DNA of 64,000 bases from an uncultured Caulobacter sp. (GTDB lineage Bacteria > Pseudomonadota > Alphaproteobacteria > Caulobacterales > Caulobacteraceae): assembly GCA_966252285.1 (NCBI GenBank), contig CBINOL010000009.1, forward strand, positions 743 to 64,742, written 5' to 3'. The position numbers were made by a program, and so were the translations under genes. The notes beneath the pieces are model-generated. The model was not told the origin of the DNA and made no database searches. It saw only the letters and a program-made list of their open reading frames with translations. Shown in pieces: positions 37,564 through 46,544 of the stretch. Positions within the stretch are counted from its first letter, which is position 1. Each line of letters begins with the position of its first letter.

Positions 37564-39855
37564 TCAGAAAGTGCGGCGGACCATGACGCCCAGGGTGCGC
37601 GGCGTCAGGCTGACCACCTGGTCCAGCGCCCCGGCGGCCGAGGTGACCGAGACCGGCCCCATCGAGTTGGTCAGGTTCTGGGCGAAGGCGTAGGCGCCCC
37701 AGCCTTCGCCCTCGACGCCGACGCGCGCGCCGACCACCGCGTAGGACGGAACCTTCTCGTAGTAGACGTAGGTTGGGCGGAACTGCGAGGCGGTCTTGCC
37801 GGTGTAGCTGGCGTCCAGGTGGACCAGGCCGTTGAGGCCGTCGCCGATCGGCCAGGTGTAGTCGGCGTTCACCGAGCCGCTGAACTTCGGCACGAACGGC
37901 AGTCGGTCGCCGGCCAGGCCCGTCGAGCCCGACACCGTCACCGACGAGTTGGTCATGTCCTCGGTCAGCTTGGCGTCGGAAACGCCGATGGCGCTGCTCA
38001 GGGTCAGGCCGGTCATCGGCCGCACGGTGGCTTCCAGCTCGAAACCGCGGATGCGGGCCGCGCCGGCGTTGGTGATGATGAAGAAGTTCGCGCCGACGTT
38101 GGCTTGCGCCTGAACCTGGATGTTGTCCCAGTCGATCTGATAGGCCGACAGGTTCACGGTCAGGCGGCGGTCGAACCAGTCGCTCTTCACACCCGCTTCG
38201 TAGTTCCACAGGCTGTCGGGCGCGAAGGCCACCAGGCCCGTGGTCAGGCCCGGGATGTTATTGGCGCCGCCGGGACGGAAGCCCTTGGAGGCCTGGGCGT
38301 AGACCATCAGCGACTTGCTGACCTCGTAGTTGACGTTGACGCGCTGCACCCAGCCCTTGGCGCTGGCGTCGACCTGGCTGAAGGCGGTGACCGGCGAGTT
38401 GGAGATCACGTTGCCGATCGTCACCGCGCCCGAGACGGTCTTGTCGTAGTCGAAGCGGCGGGCGCCGCCGGTCACCGTCAGGGCGTCTGTGACGTGGTAC
38501 GACAGCTCGCCGAAGAAGGCGGTCTGCTTGACGTCGTTGTCGATGTAGCGCGCACCCAGGGCGTCGAACGGCTGGATGGCCATGCCGGTGGTGGCGTCGG
38601 CGCGGGTTTGGATGCTGTCGACGTGGTCCTTGCGGGTCTCGTAGTAGACGCCGCCGGTCCAATCGAGCTTGTCTTCCAGCAGGCTGCCGCTGGCGCGCAG
38701 TTCATGGGTCCAGGTCTCCAGGCTCATCGGCTGCCACGAGACGGCCGGGCCGCGCGAGTCCGCCCAGGCGGTGTACTGCGACAGCTGGCTGCTTGAGCAG
38801 GTCGTGCCCGACAGGCCGAAGTAGCGGCCGCAGGCGGCGCTGCTGGCGCGGTTGTTGGCGATGTTGTTGGTCCAGTCGCTGTTCCGCAGCATCTTCCACT
38901 TGTAGTACGAAGACGTCGCCGTCAGCGTCGCGAAGTCGAGGTCCCATTCGGCGGTGACGTTGTAGAGCGCCAGCTTGGAGTTGCTCTGGGCGATCGTCTT
39001 GCGGTCGGACTTGTAGCGGCCGGCGGCGGCCGACCAGGTGGCCTGGCCGTCGACTTCTTCGTTCTGCAGGGCCGCCGTGGTGCGGATCGTCAGGTTCTCG
39101 GTGGGGGTGTAGGTCAGCATCAGGCGGCCGCCGCTGGCGGTCGAGCCGTTGATGTCCTGCTTGTTCAGCGGAACGCTGTCGACATAGCCGCCGCGCTGCT
39201 CGCGATACAGCACCAGGCGCGCGCCCAGCTTGTCCTGGATCAGCGGCACGTTGACCATGCCCTTGCCGTAGTAGCCGCCGTCGCCGTTCTTGGTGGTGGT
39301 CGCTTGCGCCTCGACCGCGCCGGCGTACTCGTTGGTGTCGGCCTTGTTGAAGATCACCCGCAGGGTGCCGCCCATCGAGCCCGAGCCGTACAGCGTGCCT
39401 TGCGGGCCGCGCAGCACCTCGACGCGCTCGACGTCGAACAGGTTGATGTCCGGCGTGGTCGAGCCGGCGTCCTGGGTGGTGCCGGTCGGGCCGGTCAGCG
39501 GGGTTTCGTCGTAATAGAGGCCGGTGGTGGCTTCGCCGGCGCTGCGCACGCCGCGCAGGGTGATGCGGCGGTTCGACGGCGTGCCGCCGTCCAGCGACAG
39601 GTTCGGCACCTGGCGGAAATAGTCGTTGATACCCGTGGCGCCGATCCGGCTGAGCTGGGTCTCGCCGACCGCCGAGATGCTGAGCGGGGTGTCCTGCAGG
39701 CTGGTCGAGCGCTTCAGCGCGGTGACGATGATCTCGTCGACGGCGGCGTCCGGCGCTTCCTGGGCGTGGGCGCTGGCGGCGGCCAGGGCGGCGAGTGCGC
39801 TGGTGGCCAGGGCCGCGCGGCGGAAGGTGCGGAAGGCAGTGCGGTTCAAGTTCAT
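37564..39855 (-). CDS. TonB-dependent receptor
   Basis: EIIVTALKR, VERVEVLRGPQGTLYG, C-terminal RRTF. Confidence 0.95.
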   Translation of the reverse strand: MNLNRTAFRTFRRAALATSALAALAAASAHAQEAPDAAVDEIIVTALKRSTSLQDTPLSISAVGETQLSRIGATGINDYFRQVPNLSLDGGTPSNRRITLRGVRSAGEATTGLYYDETPLTGPTGTTQDAGSTTPDINLFDVERVEVLRGPQGTLYGSGSMGGTLRVIFNKADTNEYAGAVEAQATTTKNGDGGYYGKGMVNVPLIQDKLGARLVLYREQRGGYVDSVPLNKQDINGSTASGGRLMLTYTPTENLTIRTTAALQNEEVDGQATWSAAAGRYKSDRKTIAQSNSKLALYNVTAEWDLDFATLTATSSYYKWKMLRNSDWTNNIANNRASSAACGRYFGLSGTTCSSSQLSQYTAWADSRGPAVSWQPMSLETWTHELRASGSLLEDKLDWTGGVYYETRKDHVDSIQTRADATTGMAIQPFDALGARYIDNDVKQTAFFGELSYHVTDALTVTGGARRFDYDKTVSGAVTIGNVISNSPVTAFSQVDASAKGWVQRVNVNYEVSKSLMVYAQASKGFRPGGANNIPGLTTGLVAFAPDSLWNYEAGVKSDWFDRRLTVNLSAYQIDWDNIQVQAQANVGANFFIITNAGAARIRGFELEATVRPMTGLTLSSAIGVSDAKLTEDMTNSSVTVSGSTGLAGDRLPFVPKFSGSVNADYTWPIGDGLNGLVHLDASYTGKTASQFRPTYVYYEKVPSYAVVGARVGVEGEGWGAYAFAQNLTNSMGPVSVTSAAGALDQVVSLTPRTLGVMVRRTF

Positions 39856-40096
39856 CCCCTTCGTTGAGGACCGGCCAGAAGCTCGGTTCCGGGCCGCAAG
39901 ACGGGCGAGGGGCGATCGCCCTTACGACTTTTTTCGCCTCCGGACGGTCTGGTGCGCGCCTGGTCAAGCTGCACGCAAATCGGGCGCATGCTGATCAAAT
40001 GAGCAGCGAAGGGGCCAAAACGCCGGTCTCGGCGTCGGTTCGGCCATCGTCTGGCGGCCAAGTTCGAATAGCCCGGCCCCAGAGCGGGAGAACGAG

Positions 40097-40636
40097 GTGT
40101 CCGGACAGTCCGCGTTCAGTCAGGCGGCGATCGCAAAGCTTCGGCCGGGCGGCATCGACGAGGTCGTGCGCCGGCACGAGGGCATGCTGCGCCGCTTCAT
40201 CGCCCTGCGCATCGGCGGCGGGGCCGATGTCGACGACCTGGTGCACGAGGTCTTCCTGCGCTTCGCCCGCCGCCCGCCCGACGAGGGAGTCGAGCGGCTG
40301 GACTCCTACCTCTTCCAGACCGCCGCCAACCTGATCCGCGACCGTGCGCGCCGCCAGCAGGTGCGCCGCCTGGCCGCGCCCGAGATTGAAGAAGACGCCG
40401 CCGCCCAGGTTCCGGCCACGCCCGAACAGACGCTGATCGACCGGGAAACCCTGACGCAGGTTCGCCAGGTCCTGGCCGATCTGCCCGAGCGAACCCGCCA
40501 CGTGTTCCTGCTTTACCGGATCGACGGCCTGAGGCATCAGGCCATCGCCGACGCTCTGGGGGTGTCGATCAGCACCGTGGAGAAGGACGTGCGCAGGGCC
40601 ATGGCCCATCTGACCCGACGGGTTCGCCGTCCATGA
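40097..40636 (+). CDS. ECF sigma factor (FecI-like)
   Basis: DVDDLVHEVFLR (region 2); LPERTRHVFLL...IADALGVSISTVEK (region 4). Confidence 0.92.
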   Translation: MSGQSAFSQAAIAKLRPGGIDEVVRRHEGMLRRFIALRIGGGADVDDLVHEVFLRFARRPPDEGVERLDSYLFQTAANLIRDRARRQQVRRLAAPEIEEDAAAQVPATPEQTLIDRETLTQVRQVLADLPERTRHVFLLYRIDGLRHQAIADALGVSISTVEKDVRRAMAHLTRRVRRP

Positions 40637-41646
40637 GTCCGGTTCCCGCCAACGACGGGCTGGCCGACGTCTACGACGCCGCGGCCGACTGGCATGAGCG
40701 TAGGCGCGCGCGCGGCTGGAGCGCCACTGACGAGGCCGCGCTGACCGCCTGGCTCGAGGCCGACGCCGAGCATGTCGACGCCTATGCCGCCATGGCCGAG
40801 GTGGAGACGGCGCTCGACGACGCCGTCGCCGGTGGCGGGCTTGATCGCGAACTGGCCCAGGCCCGCGCGGCCTTCGCGCAGGGCAGGGCGCGCGGGTCGC
40901 GCCGAAGTCTCGCACTGATGGCGGCCGGCCTGTCGGGCGTCGCGATCCTGGTGGGAGTGGGCGGTTTCGCCTGGACGCGAACGGGCGCCTCCGAACAGAC
41001 CTTCGCCGCCGCGCCCGGCCATCGCAGCGCCGTGGTGCTGGCCGACGGCTCGCGCGTGGTGCTCGACGGCGGCGCCCGGCTGACCGCCCGTATCGACCGC
41101 CGCTCGCGCGACATTACGCTGACCGGCGGCCGGGCCTTCTTCGACGTCGCCCATGATCCGTCGCGCCCGTTCGAGGTCAGCGGCGGCGGCCATGTCGTCC
41201 GCGCCCTCGGCACGGCCTTCGAGGTCGACCTGGCGCCGGTCGCCAAGACCTACGAGGTCGCGCTGCTGCGCGGCCGGGTGCGGGTCAGCGGCGGGGAACA
41301 ACCCGTGGAGCTGTCGCCGGGCCAGGTTCTGGCGATGGATGGGCAAGGGCGCGAGGCGGTATCATCGGCCGACGTCGCCGCCGCCACGGCTTGGCGCGAC
41401 GGGAAGCTGGTGCTGAAGGGCGACGCGCTCAGCGACGCCGCCGTCGAGATCAACCGTCGGGGCGGACGCCGGATCGTCGTGCGCGGCTCGGCCAAGGACC
41501 TCAAGCTCAGCGGCGCCTTCGGCGGCGACGATCCCCTGGCCTTCGCCCGCGCGGTCGCCGTCATCCATGGCCTGACTCTCGGCGAGGCCGCCGACGGCTC
41601 GATCGTGCTTTCACCGGCCAAGGACACCGGTGCGACGGCCGACTAG
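40633..41646 (+). CDS. FecR-family anti-sigma / signal transducer
   Basis: AAADW...WLEAD N-terminus, TM helix, VLADGSRVVL, AFFDVAHD..RPF.V. Confidence 0.92.
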   Translation: MSPVPANDGLADVYDAAADWHERRRARGWSATDEAALTAWLEADAEHVDAYAAMAEVETALDDAVAGGGLDRELAQARAAFAQGRARGSRRSLALMAAGLSGVAILVGVGGFAWTRTGASEQTFAAAPGHRSAVVLADGSRVVLDGGARLTARIDRRSRDITLTGGRAFFDVAHDPSRPFEVSGGGHVVRALGTAFEVDLAPVAKTYEVALLRGRVRVSGGEQPVELSPGQVLAMDGQGREAVSSADVAAATAWRDGKLVLKGDALSDAAVEINRRGGRRIVVRGSAKDLKLSGAFGGDDPLAFARAVAVIHGLTLGEAADGSIVLSPAKDTGATAD

Positions 41647-44203
41647 CCGCGCGGCGCCGGCCCTGGCGGCCGTGGCGCTGCTGGCCCAGGCCCCGGCGGC
41701 GCTGGCGGCTCCCCTTCGTTTCGACGTTCCAGCCGGTCCTTTGGAGGGCGCGCTGCAGGCCTATGCCGCGCAGACCGGGGTCGACGTGCTGTTCGCGCCC
41801 CAGGCGGTGGCTGGCCTGCGCTCGCCCGGCGGCCGCGCCGTCTCCGAGCCCGAGGAAGCCCTCAAGCGCCTGCTGCGCGGCAGCGGCCTGACCGCGCGCC
41901 GCATCGGCCCCCGCGCCTTTGCTCTGACGCCAGCCGCGCCGCCGCCTTCAAAAGCCGCCGTTCGAGCGCCCGACCCGCGTCAGCCCATCGGCAGGCCGGA
42001 AGTCGTCGAGCCGCTCGACGCCGTGCTGGTCCAGGCCCGCCGCCGCGAGGAGCGGCTGATCGACGTGCCGGCCTCGGTCGCGGCGGTGTCGGCCGCCGAT
42101 CTCGACCGCCTCGGCGGCGACGGCGCTCTGGCCTTGCGGCAGGCGGCGCTGGGCCTGACCGCCGCCGGCCAGGTCTCGGTCGAGACGCCCACCCTGGTCA
42201 TTCGCGGCCAGCGCCGCGCCACGGCCGGCGACTCCGCGCTGTCGGTGATCACCTATGTCAACGAGGCGCCTCTGCCCAACAACGGCTCGATCCTGCCGTC
42301 GTTCGACCTGTCGGAAGTGCAGGTGCTGCGAGGGCCGCAGGGCGTTCTGTTCGGCCGCAACACCACCGGCGGCGCGCTGCTGATCCACACCAGCGAGCCG
42401 GGGCGGGGCGCCTATGTCCGCGCCGCGACAGGCTCCTATCGCCTGCGCGAGATCGAGGCGGCGGCCGATTTGACGGGGGACGACGCGCCGGTGGCGGTGC
42501 GCCTGGCCGCCTACGGCCTCAAGCGCGACGGCGTGGTCGAGAACCTCGGCGCCGGCGGCGATCTCGACGACCGCGACCAGGCCGCCGTGCGGCTGTCGCT
42601 GGCCTGGAAGCCGGACGGGCCGCTGTCGGCTCTGCTGGTGCTCGATGGCTTTCGGGCCTGGGAGACGGGCAGCGCCGCCATCCTGTCGGGCAGCTATCCA
42701 AACCCGCCGGACGTCACCGGCGGCGGCAACGGCCGCACGCCCGAGGCCGCGCCCTATTTCGATTGCGGCGTGGCCGGCTGCGACATCGACATCGCTCTCT
42801 CCCGGCAGAGGGCGCGCGGGACCCGCGCCACCGACATCGATCTTCCCCCACGCTCTGACCGTCGCAACGACGGGGCGACCCTGCGGCTCGACTGGCGCGA
42901 GGGCGGGCTGAACGTCCGCTCGGTCACGGCCTATCGGCGCAGCGTGCTCGACAGCGCCCTCGACAGCGACGGCTCGCCGCTGCCGCTCAACCAGATCGTC
43001 CGGCACATCGACCTTGGCCAGTTCACCCAGGAGGTGCGGGCCAGCGACGGGGATCAGGACGGCGCCTGGCAGGCGGGCGTCTTCTACATGTCGACCGCCC
43101 CGGTCGGCGTGCAGCGCACCCTGTGGGCCAGCGTGGTGACGCCGACCAATCCGGCCCGCGTCGAGTTCCAATACCGGCGCGGCGAGAGCCTGGCCGGTTT
43201 CCTCGACGCCACGCGGCGACTGGGGGCGGGCTTCGAGCTTGAGGCCGGCCTTCGCTACACCCGCGACGTCTCCAGCGCCTGCCTGGTGCGGGTGGCGGCT
43301 CCGGCCGCCGACATCTCAGAGGCCGCCTGCGGCGAGGCCGGCCGGGCTCAGTCCTCGGCGCCGACCTGGACCCTCGGGCTGACCTGGCGCGGGCGACCCA
43401 ACCTCACCCTCTACGCCGTCACGCGTCGGGGCTACCGCGCCGGCGGCGTCAATGCGCCCGAGTTCGGGCCGCTGCTCGAGGCCTATCAGGTCTACGCGCC
43501 CGAAAGCCTGACCGACGTCGAACTGGGCCTCAAATGGGCCGGGGGCGAGGGTGACTGGCGCCATCGCGTCGATGCGGCGCTGTTCCGGGGCTGGTCGCGC
43601 GACATCCAGCGGGCCCTGTTTCCGGCCGAGAACTTCGATCGCGACGGCGTCGCCGCCAACGACCCTCCCAACCTGATCATCAACGCCGGCTCGGCCACGA
43701 TCAGCGGCCTGGAGCTGGGCTGGCGGGGCCAGTGGACGCAGCGCCTGACGCTTTCGGCCTCGGCGACGCTGACGCAGGCGCGGTTCACCGCCCTGACCGT
43801 GCCGGCCCTGCTGGCCGGCCTGACGCCGACCGATCCAAGCTCGCTGCGCTTTTCCTATTCACCGCCCTATACGGCGCGGCTGGCGGCCGACTGGCGGCTG
43901 GTCGACAGCGACCGGCTGGGCCGCTGGACCCTGTGGGGCGACCTCTTTCAGAGCGGGCCGGTGCGCTATGTCGAGCGGGCGCACGACAGCAACGGCATGC
44001 AGAAGGCGTTCGCCGTCGCCGGAGCCGGCCTCACCGTGCAGCCGCCGCGCCGCGACGACCTGACCCTGATGCTGGCCGTGCGCAACCTCTTCAACGAGGT
44101 CTACGCGGCCGGCGGCGGCGCGATCACGCCGGCGGTGACGGCCACCTCGATGATCTATGGCGAACCGCGCACGGTCGAGGTCGCGGTCCGGCGGCGGTTC
44201 TGA
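41630..44203 (+). CDS. TonB-dependent transducer with N-terminal STN signalling domain
   Basis: FDVPAGPLEGALQAYAAQTG STN motif, VQVLRGPQGVLFGRNTTGG, C-terminal RRRF. Confidence 0.9.
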   Translation: MRRPTSRAAPALAAVALLAQAPAALAAPLRFDVPAGPLEGALQAYAAQTGVDVLFAPQAVAGLRSPGGRAVSEPEEALKRLLRGSGLTARRIGPRAFALTPAAPPPSKAAVRAPDPRQPIGRPEVVEPLDAVLVQARRREERLIDVPASVAAVSAADLDRLGGDGALALRQAALGLTAAGQVSVETPTLVIRGQRRATAGDSALSVITYVNEAPLPNNGSILPSFDLSEVQVLRGPQGVLFGRNTTGGALLIHTSEPGRGAYVRAATGSYRLREIEAAADLTGDDAPVAVRLAAYGLKRDGVVENLGAGGDLDDRDQAAVRLSLAWKPDGPLSALLVLDGFRAWETGSAAILSGSYPNPPDVTGGGNGRTPEAAPYFDCGVAGCDIDIALSRQRARGTRATDIDLPPRSDRRNDGATLRLDWREGGLNVRSVTAYRRSVLDSALDSDGSPLPLNQIVRHIDLGQFTQEVRASDGDQDGAWQAGVFYMSTAPVGVQRTLWASVVTPTNPARVEFQYRRGESLAGFLDATRRLGAGFELEAGLRYTRDVSSACLVRVAAPAADISEAACGEAGRAQSSAPTWTLGLTWRGRPNLTLYAVTRRGYRAGGVNAPEFGPLLEAYQVYAPESLTDVELGLKWAGGEGDWRHRVDAALFRGWSRDIQRALFPAENFDRDGVAANDPPNLIINAGSATISGLELGWRGQWTQRLTLSASATLTQARFTALTVPALLAGLTPTDPSSLRFSYSPPYTARLAADWRLVDSDRLGRWTLWGDLFQSGPVRYVERAHDSNGMQKAFAVAGAGLTVQPPRRDDLTLMLAVRNLFNEVYAAGGGAITPAVTATSMIYGEPRTVEVAVRRRF

Positions 44204-44211
44204 TCCGCCGC

Positions 44212-44535
44212 TTAGAGAAAGGCCAGGAACGGCACGCAGATCAGGCCGACGCCCGCGAGGGCTGTCGCCGCCCTCGGCCGCCACGACAGCAGCAGCACCA
44301 GCACGGCGGCGGCCACGCACATCTGGCCGATCCAGACGGTGACGCCCAAGGCCGGTCCCAGCCGGAAGACGGCCACGGCGGCCGACAGCGCCAGCAGGCA
44401 CCATCCCAGGACGCGTAGCACCCGCTCCGACGGCAGGACCAGAGGCTCCAGTCCGGAACGGTGCTTCTTCATGGCCAGGGCCAGGCAGGTGAAGGCCGCG
44501 AAGCTGATCAGGCCGCTCTCATAGGGCATCGACAC
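44212..44535 (-). CDS. DUF3325-like membrane protein
   Basis: FAAFTCLALAMKKH motif; typical position after a PepSY-TM gene. Confidence 0.8.
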   Translation of the reverse strand: MSMPYESGLISFAAFTCLALAMKKHRSGLEPLVLPSERVLRVLGWCLLALSAAVAVFRLGPALGVTVWIGQMCVAAAVLVLLLSWRPRAATALAGVGLICVPFLAFL

Positions 44536-46147
44536 TCTCCTTGGCCGGCGCCGGCTTGGGGCTGGCCGCCGCGGGCGCGCGGGCGGACGCCTTGCGTTTG
44601 GGCGGCTGCGGCTTGCGCGAGGCCTTGAAGGCGGCCAGGCCGCACAGGGCGGCGATGGCCAGCATGGCCAGGTCGAAGCCGGCGAACAGCCAGTCGCCGG
44701 TGCGCAGGCTGGCGATCAGTCCGCGATCGGTGGTCACCGCGTTGATCACCGGCAGGGCGGTGAAGGCCAGTGTCGCCAGGCCCAGGGTCTCGATCCAGGC
44801 GCGGCGGGCCGGACGCAGCAGCGAGACCAAGGCCAGGCCGAACCAGGTCCAGAACATCGCCTTGACCTCCAGCTCCGCGCGGCCGGGCAGGTCGGCGGGG
44901 ATCAGGCGGTTGGCCAGCAGGTAGGCGGCCATGCCGCTGGGCAGGCAGGCGATGGCGCCGATGTTCAGGCGCTCCACCAGCTTCAGCCCGAAGAACGGGG
45001 CGGCGTTGGGCTTGCGGCGCTTGACCACCCAGAGGACGAGGCCCGTGCCGACCATGGCCGCGCCGGTCAGGCCGAGCAGGAAATAGACCCAGCGCAGGGC
45101 GGGGCTGGCGAAATGGCCCAGGTGCAGGCCCAGCATCACGCCGGCGGTGGCGATCGCCGGGCCGGGCGAGGGCGATCGCGACAGCTCCTTGCCCGTCGCG
45201 CCGGAGAAGGTGATCGAGTCCGGTCGGGCGTTCAGCCGGCCTTCGGTGGCGCGCAGCAGGGTGACGGTCGAGGCCGCGTCGCCCGGATTGCGGATGACCA
45301 CGGTGCGCGGGGCGTCGCCGCTCCAGGCCCGCCCGGCCGCCTCGATCATCGGACCGACTGGCAGCAGCGGCGCGGGCGTCCCCGTGGCCTTGGCCTCGGC
45401 CGGTGCGCCGTAGGCCGCCGCCGTGAAGGCGTCGGGCTTGTCGAAATTGGCCTTCACCGGCCAGGGCATGTACATCGCCACCAGCGTGATCAGGCCGGTG
45501 TAGGTGATCATGGCGTGGTAGGGCAGGGCCAGCACCGCCGAGGCGTTGTGCGCGTCGAGCCAACTGCGCTGACCCTTGCGCCAGCGCAGGGTGAAGAAGT
45601 CCACGAAGATGCGTTTGTGGGTGATCACGCCCGAGATGATCGCCGTCAGCATGAACATCGCGCACACGCCCGCCAGCCAGCGTCCCCAAGGATGCGGCAA
45701 CTGGAGCTGGAAGTGGAAGCGGTAGAAGTGCTCGCCGCCGCGCGTGTCGCGGGCCTCCAGCGACTGGCCGGTGGCCGGATCCCGCTTCAGTTCGGGGCGG
45801 CGGGCCGGCGGCTTGTCGGGATTGGGCTTGGCGCGGGCGAAGACCCGGGTCACGGCCGTGCGGTCGTCGGGCAGGTAGATGAACCACTGCTGGTCGTCTG
45901 GCGTCGTGGCCTGCATGTGGGCGATCGCCGCCTGGGCGGCCTGCTCGGCGGGCACGGAGGCCGAGCGCAGCTCCGGCTGCATCCACTGGGTGATCTCGGG
46001 GCGGAAGTAGCTGGCCGTGCCGGTCAGGAACATGGCGAACAGGATCCAGCCGGCCAGCAGGCCCAGCCACGCATGGATCCAGGCCATCGACTGGCGCAGA
46101 GCCCGCGCCGGCGGGGCGGGGGCGGGGAAGGTCGGTCGAACGTTCAC
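44519..46147 (-). CDS. PepSY-associated TM-domain protein (iron-regulated membrane protein)
   Basis: RQSMAWIHAW.GL, FYRFHFQL, WLDAHN, LHLGHF. Confidence 0.92.
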   Translation of the reverse strand: MNVRPTFPAPAPPARALRQSMAWIHAWLGLLAGWILFAMFLTGTASYFRPEITQWMQPELRSASVPAEQAAQAAIAHMQATTPDDQQWFIYLPDDRTAVTRVFARAKPNPDKPPARRPELKRDPATGQSLEARDTRGGEHFYRFHFQLQLPHPWGRWLAGVCAMFMLTAIISGVITHKRIFVDFFTLRWRKGQRSWLDAHNASAVLALPYHAMITYTGLITLVAMYMPWPVKANFDKPDAFTAAAYGAPAEAKATGTPAPLLPVGPMIEAAGRAWSGDAPRTVVIRNPGDAASTVTLLRATEGRLNARPDSITFSGATGKELSRSPSPGPAIATAGVMLGLHLGHFASPALRWVYFLLGLTGAAMVGTGLVLWVVKRRKPNAAPFFGLKLVERLNIGAIACLPSGMAAYLLANRLIPADLPGRAELEVKAMFWTWFGLALVSLLRPARRAWIETLGLATLAFTALPVINAVTTDRGLIASLRTGDWLFAGFDLAMLAIAALCGLAAFKASRKPQPPKRKASARAPAAASPKPAPAKESVDAL

Positions 46148-46452
46148 GCTCGGGCTCCCAGCAGCACCACCGCCGCGCCGGCAACCAGCGCCGAGCCCCA
46201 GATCGCGGCGGCCACGAGCGCCAGGCGCCGCTCATGGAAGGCCCACAGGGCAAGGCCCGCGAAGACCAGGAAAGACAGGATCATGCCCCAGGCCGAGGCT
46301 TCGGCCGGAGCGATCGGCAGCAGGCGAGCCAGCAGCGAGGCCAGCGCCGCGGCGGCCGCGTAGCCGCCGAACAGGGCGGTGAGGGCGCGGGCGGTCATCC
46401 GCGCCACCCCGGGCCAAGCAGCCGCCTGTTTCGCTGACCGATCGTTGTTCAC
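46144..46452 (-). CDS. DUF3649-like small membrane protein
   Basis: RALTALFGGYAAA motif; three TM segments; start uncertain. Confidence 0.75.
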   Translation of the reverse strand: MNNDRSAKQAAAWPGVARMTARALTALFGGYAAAAALASLLARLLPIAPAEASAWGMILSFLVFAGLALWAFHERRLALVAAAIWGSALVAGAAVVLLGARA

Positions 46453-46497
46453 GCAACCTCCGAAAGTTGGCTTGCGCCTAACAACTCGTTTCGATAG

Positions 46498-46514
46498 TTG
46501 CAACTCATTATCAA
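46498..46514. promoter_or_regulatory. Fur-box-like operator TTGCAACTCATTATCAA
   Basis: 11/14 match to TGATAAT-N-ATTATCA, in the divergent promoter of a siderophore receptor and the PepSY operon. Confidence 0.65.
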
Positions 46515-46544
46515 TCCTATCGACAATCTTGACGAGGAGTCCTC

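Noticed and set aside
30817-44203. Lasso-peptide locus (S9 isopeptidase + TonB receptor + FecIR pattern)
   Set aside because: No lasso cyclase, B1/B2 protein or precursor ORF found in the window.
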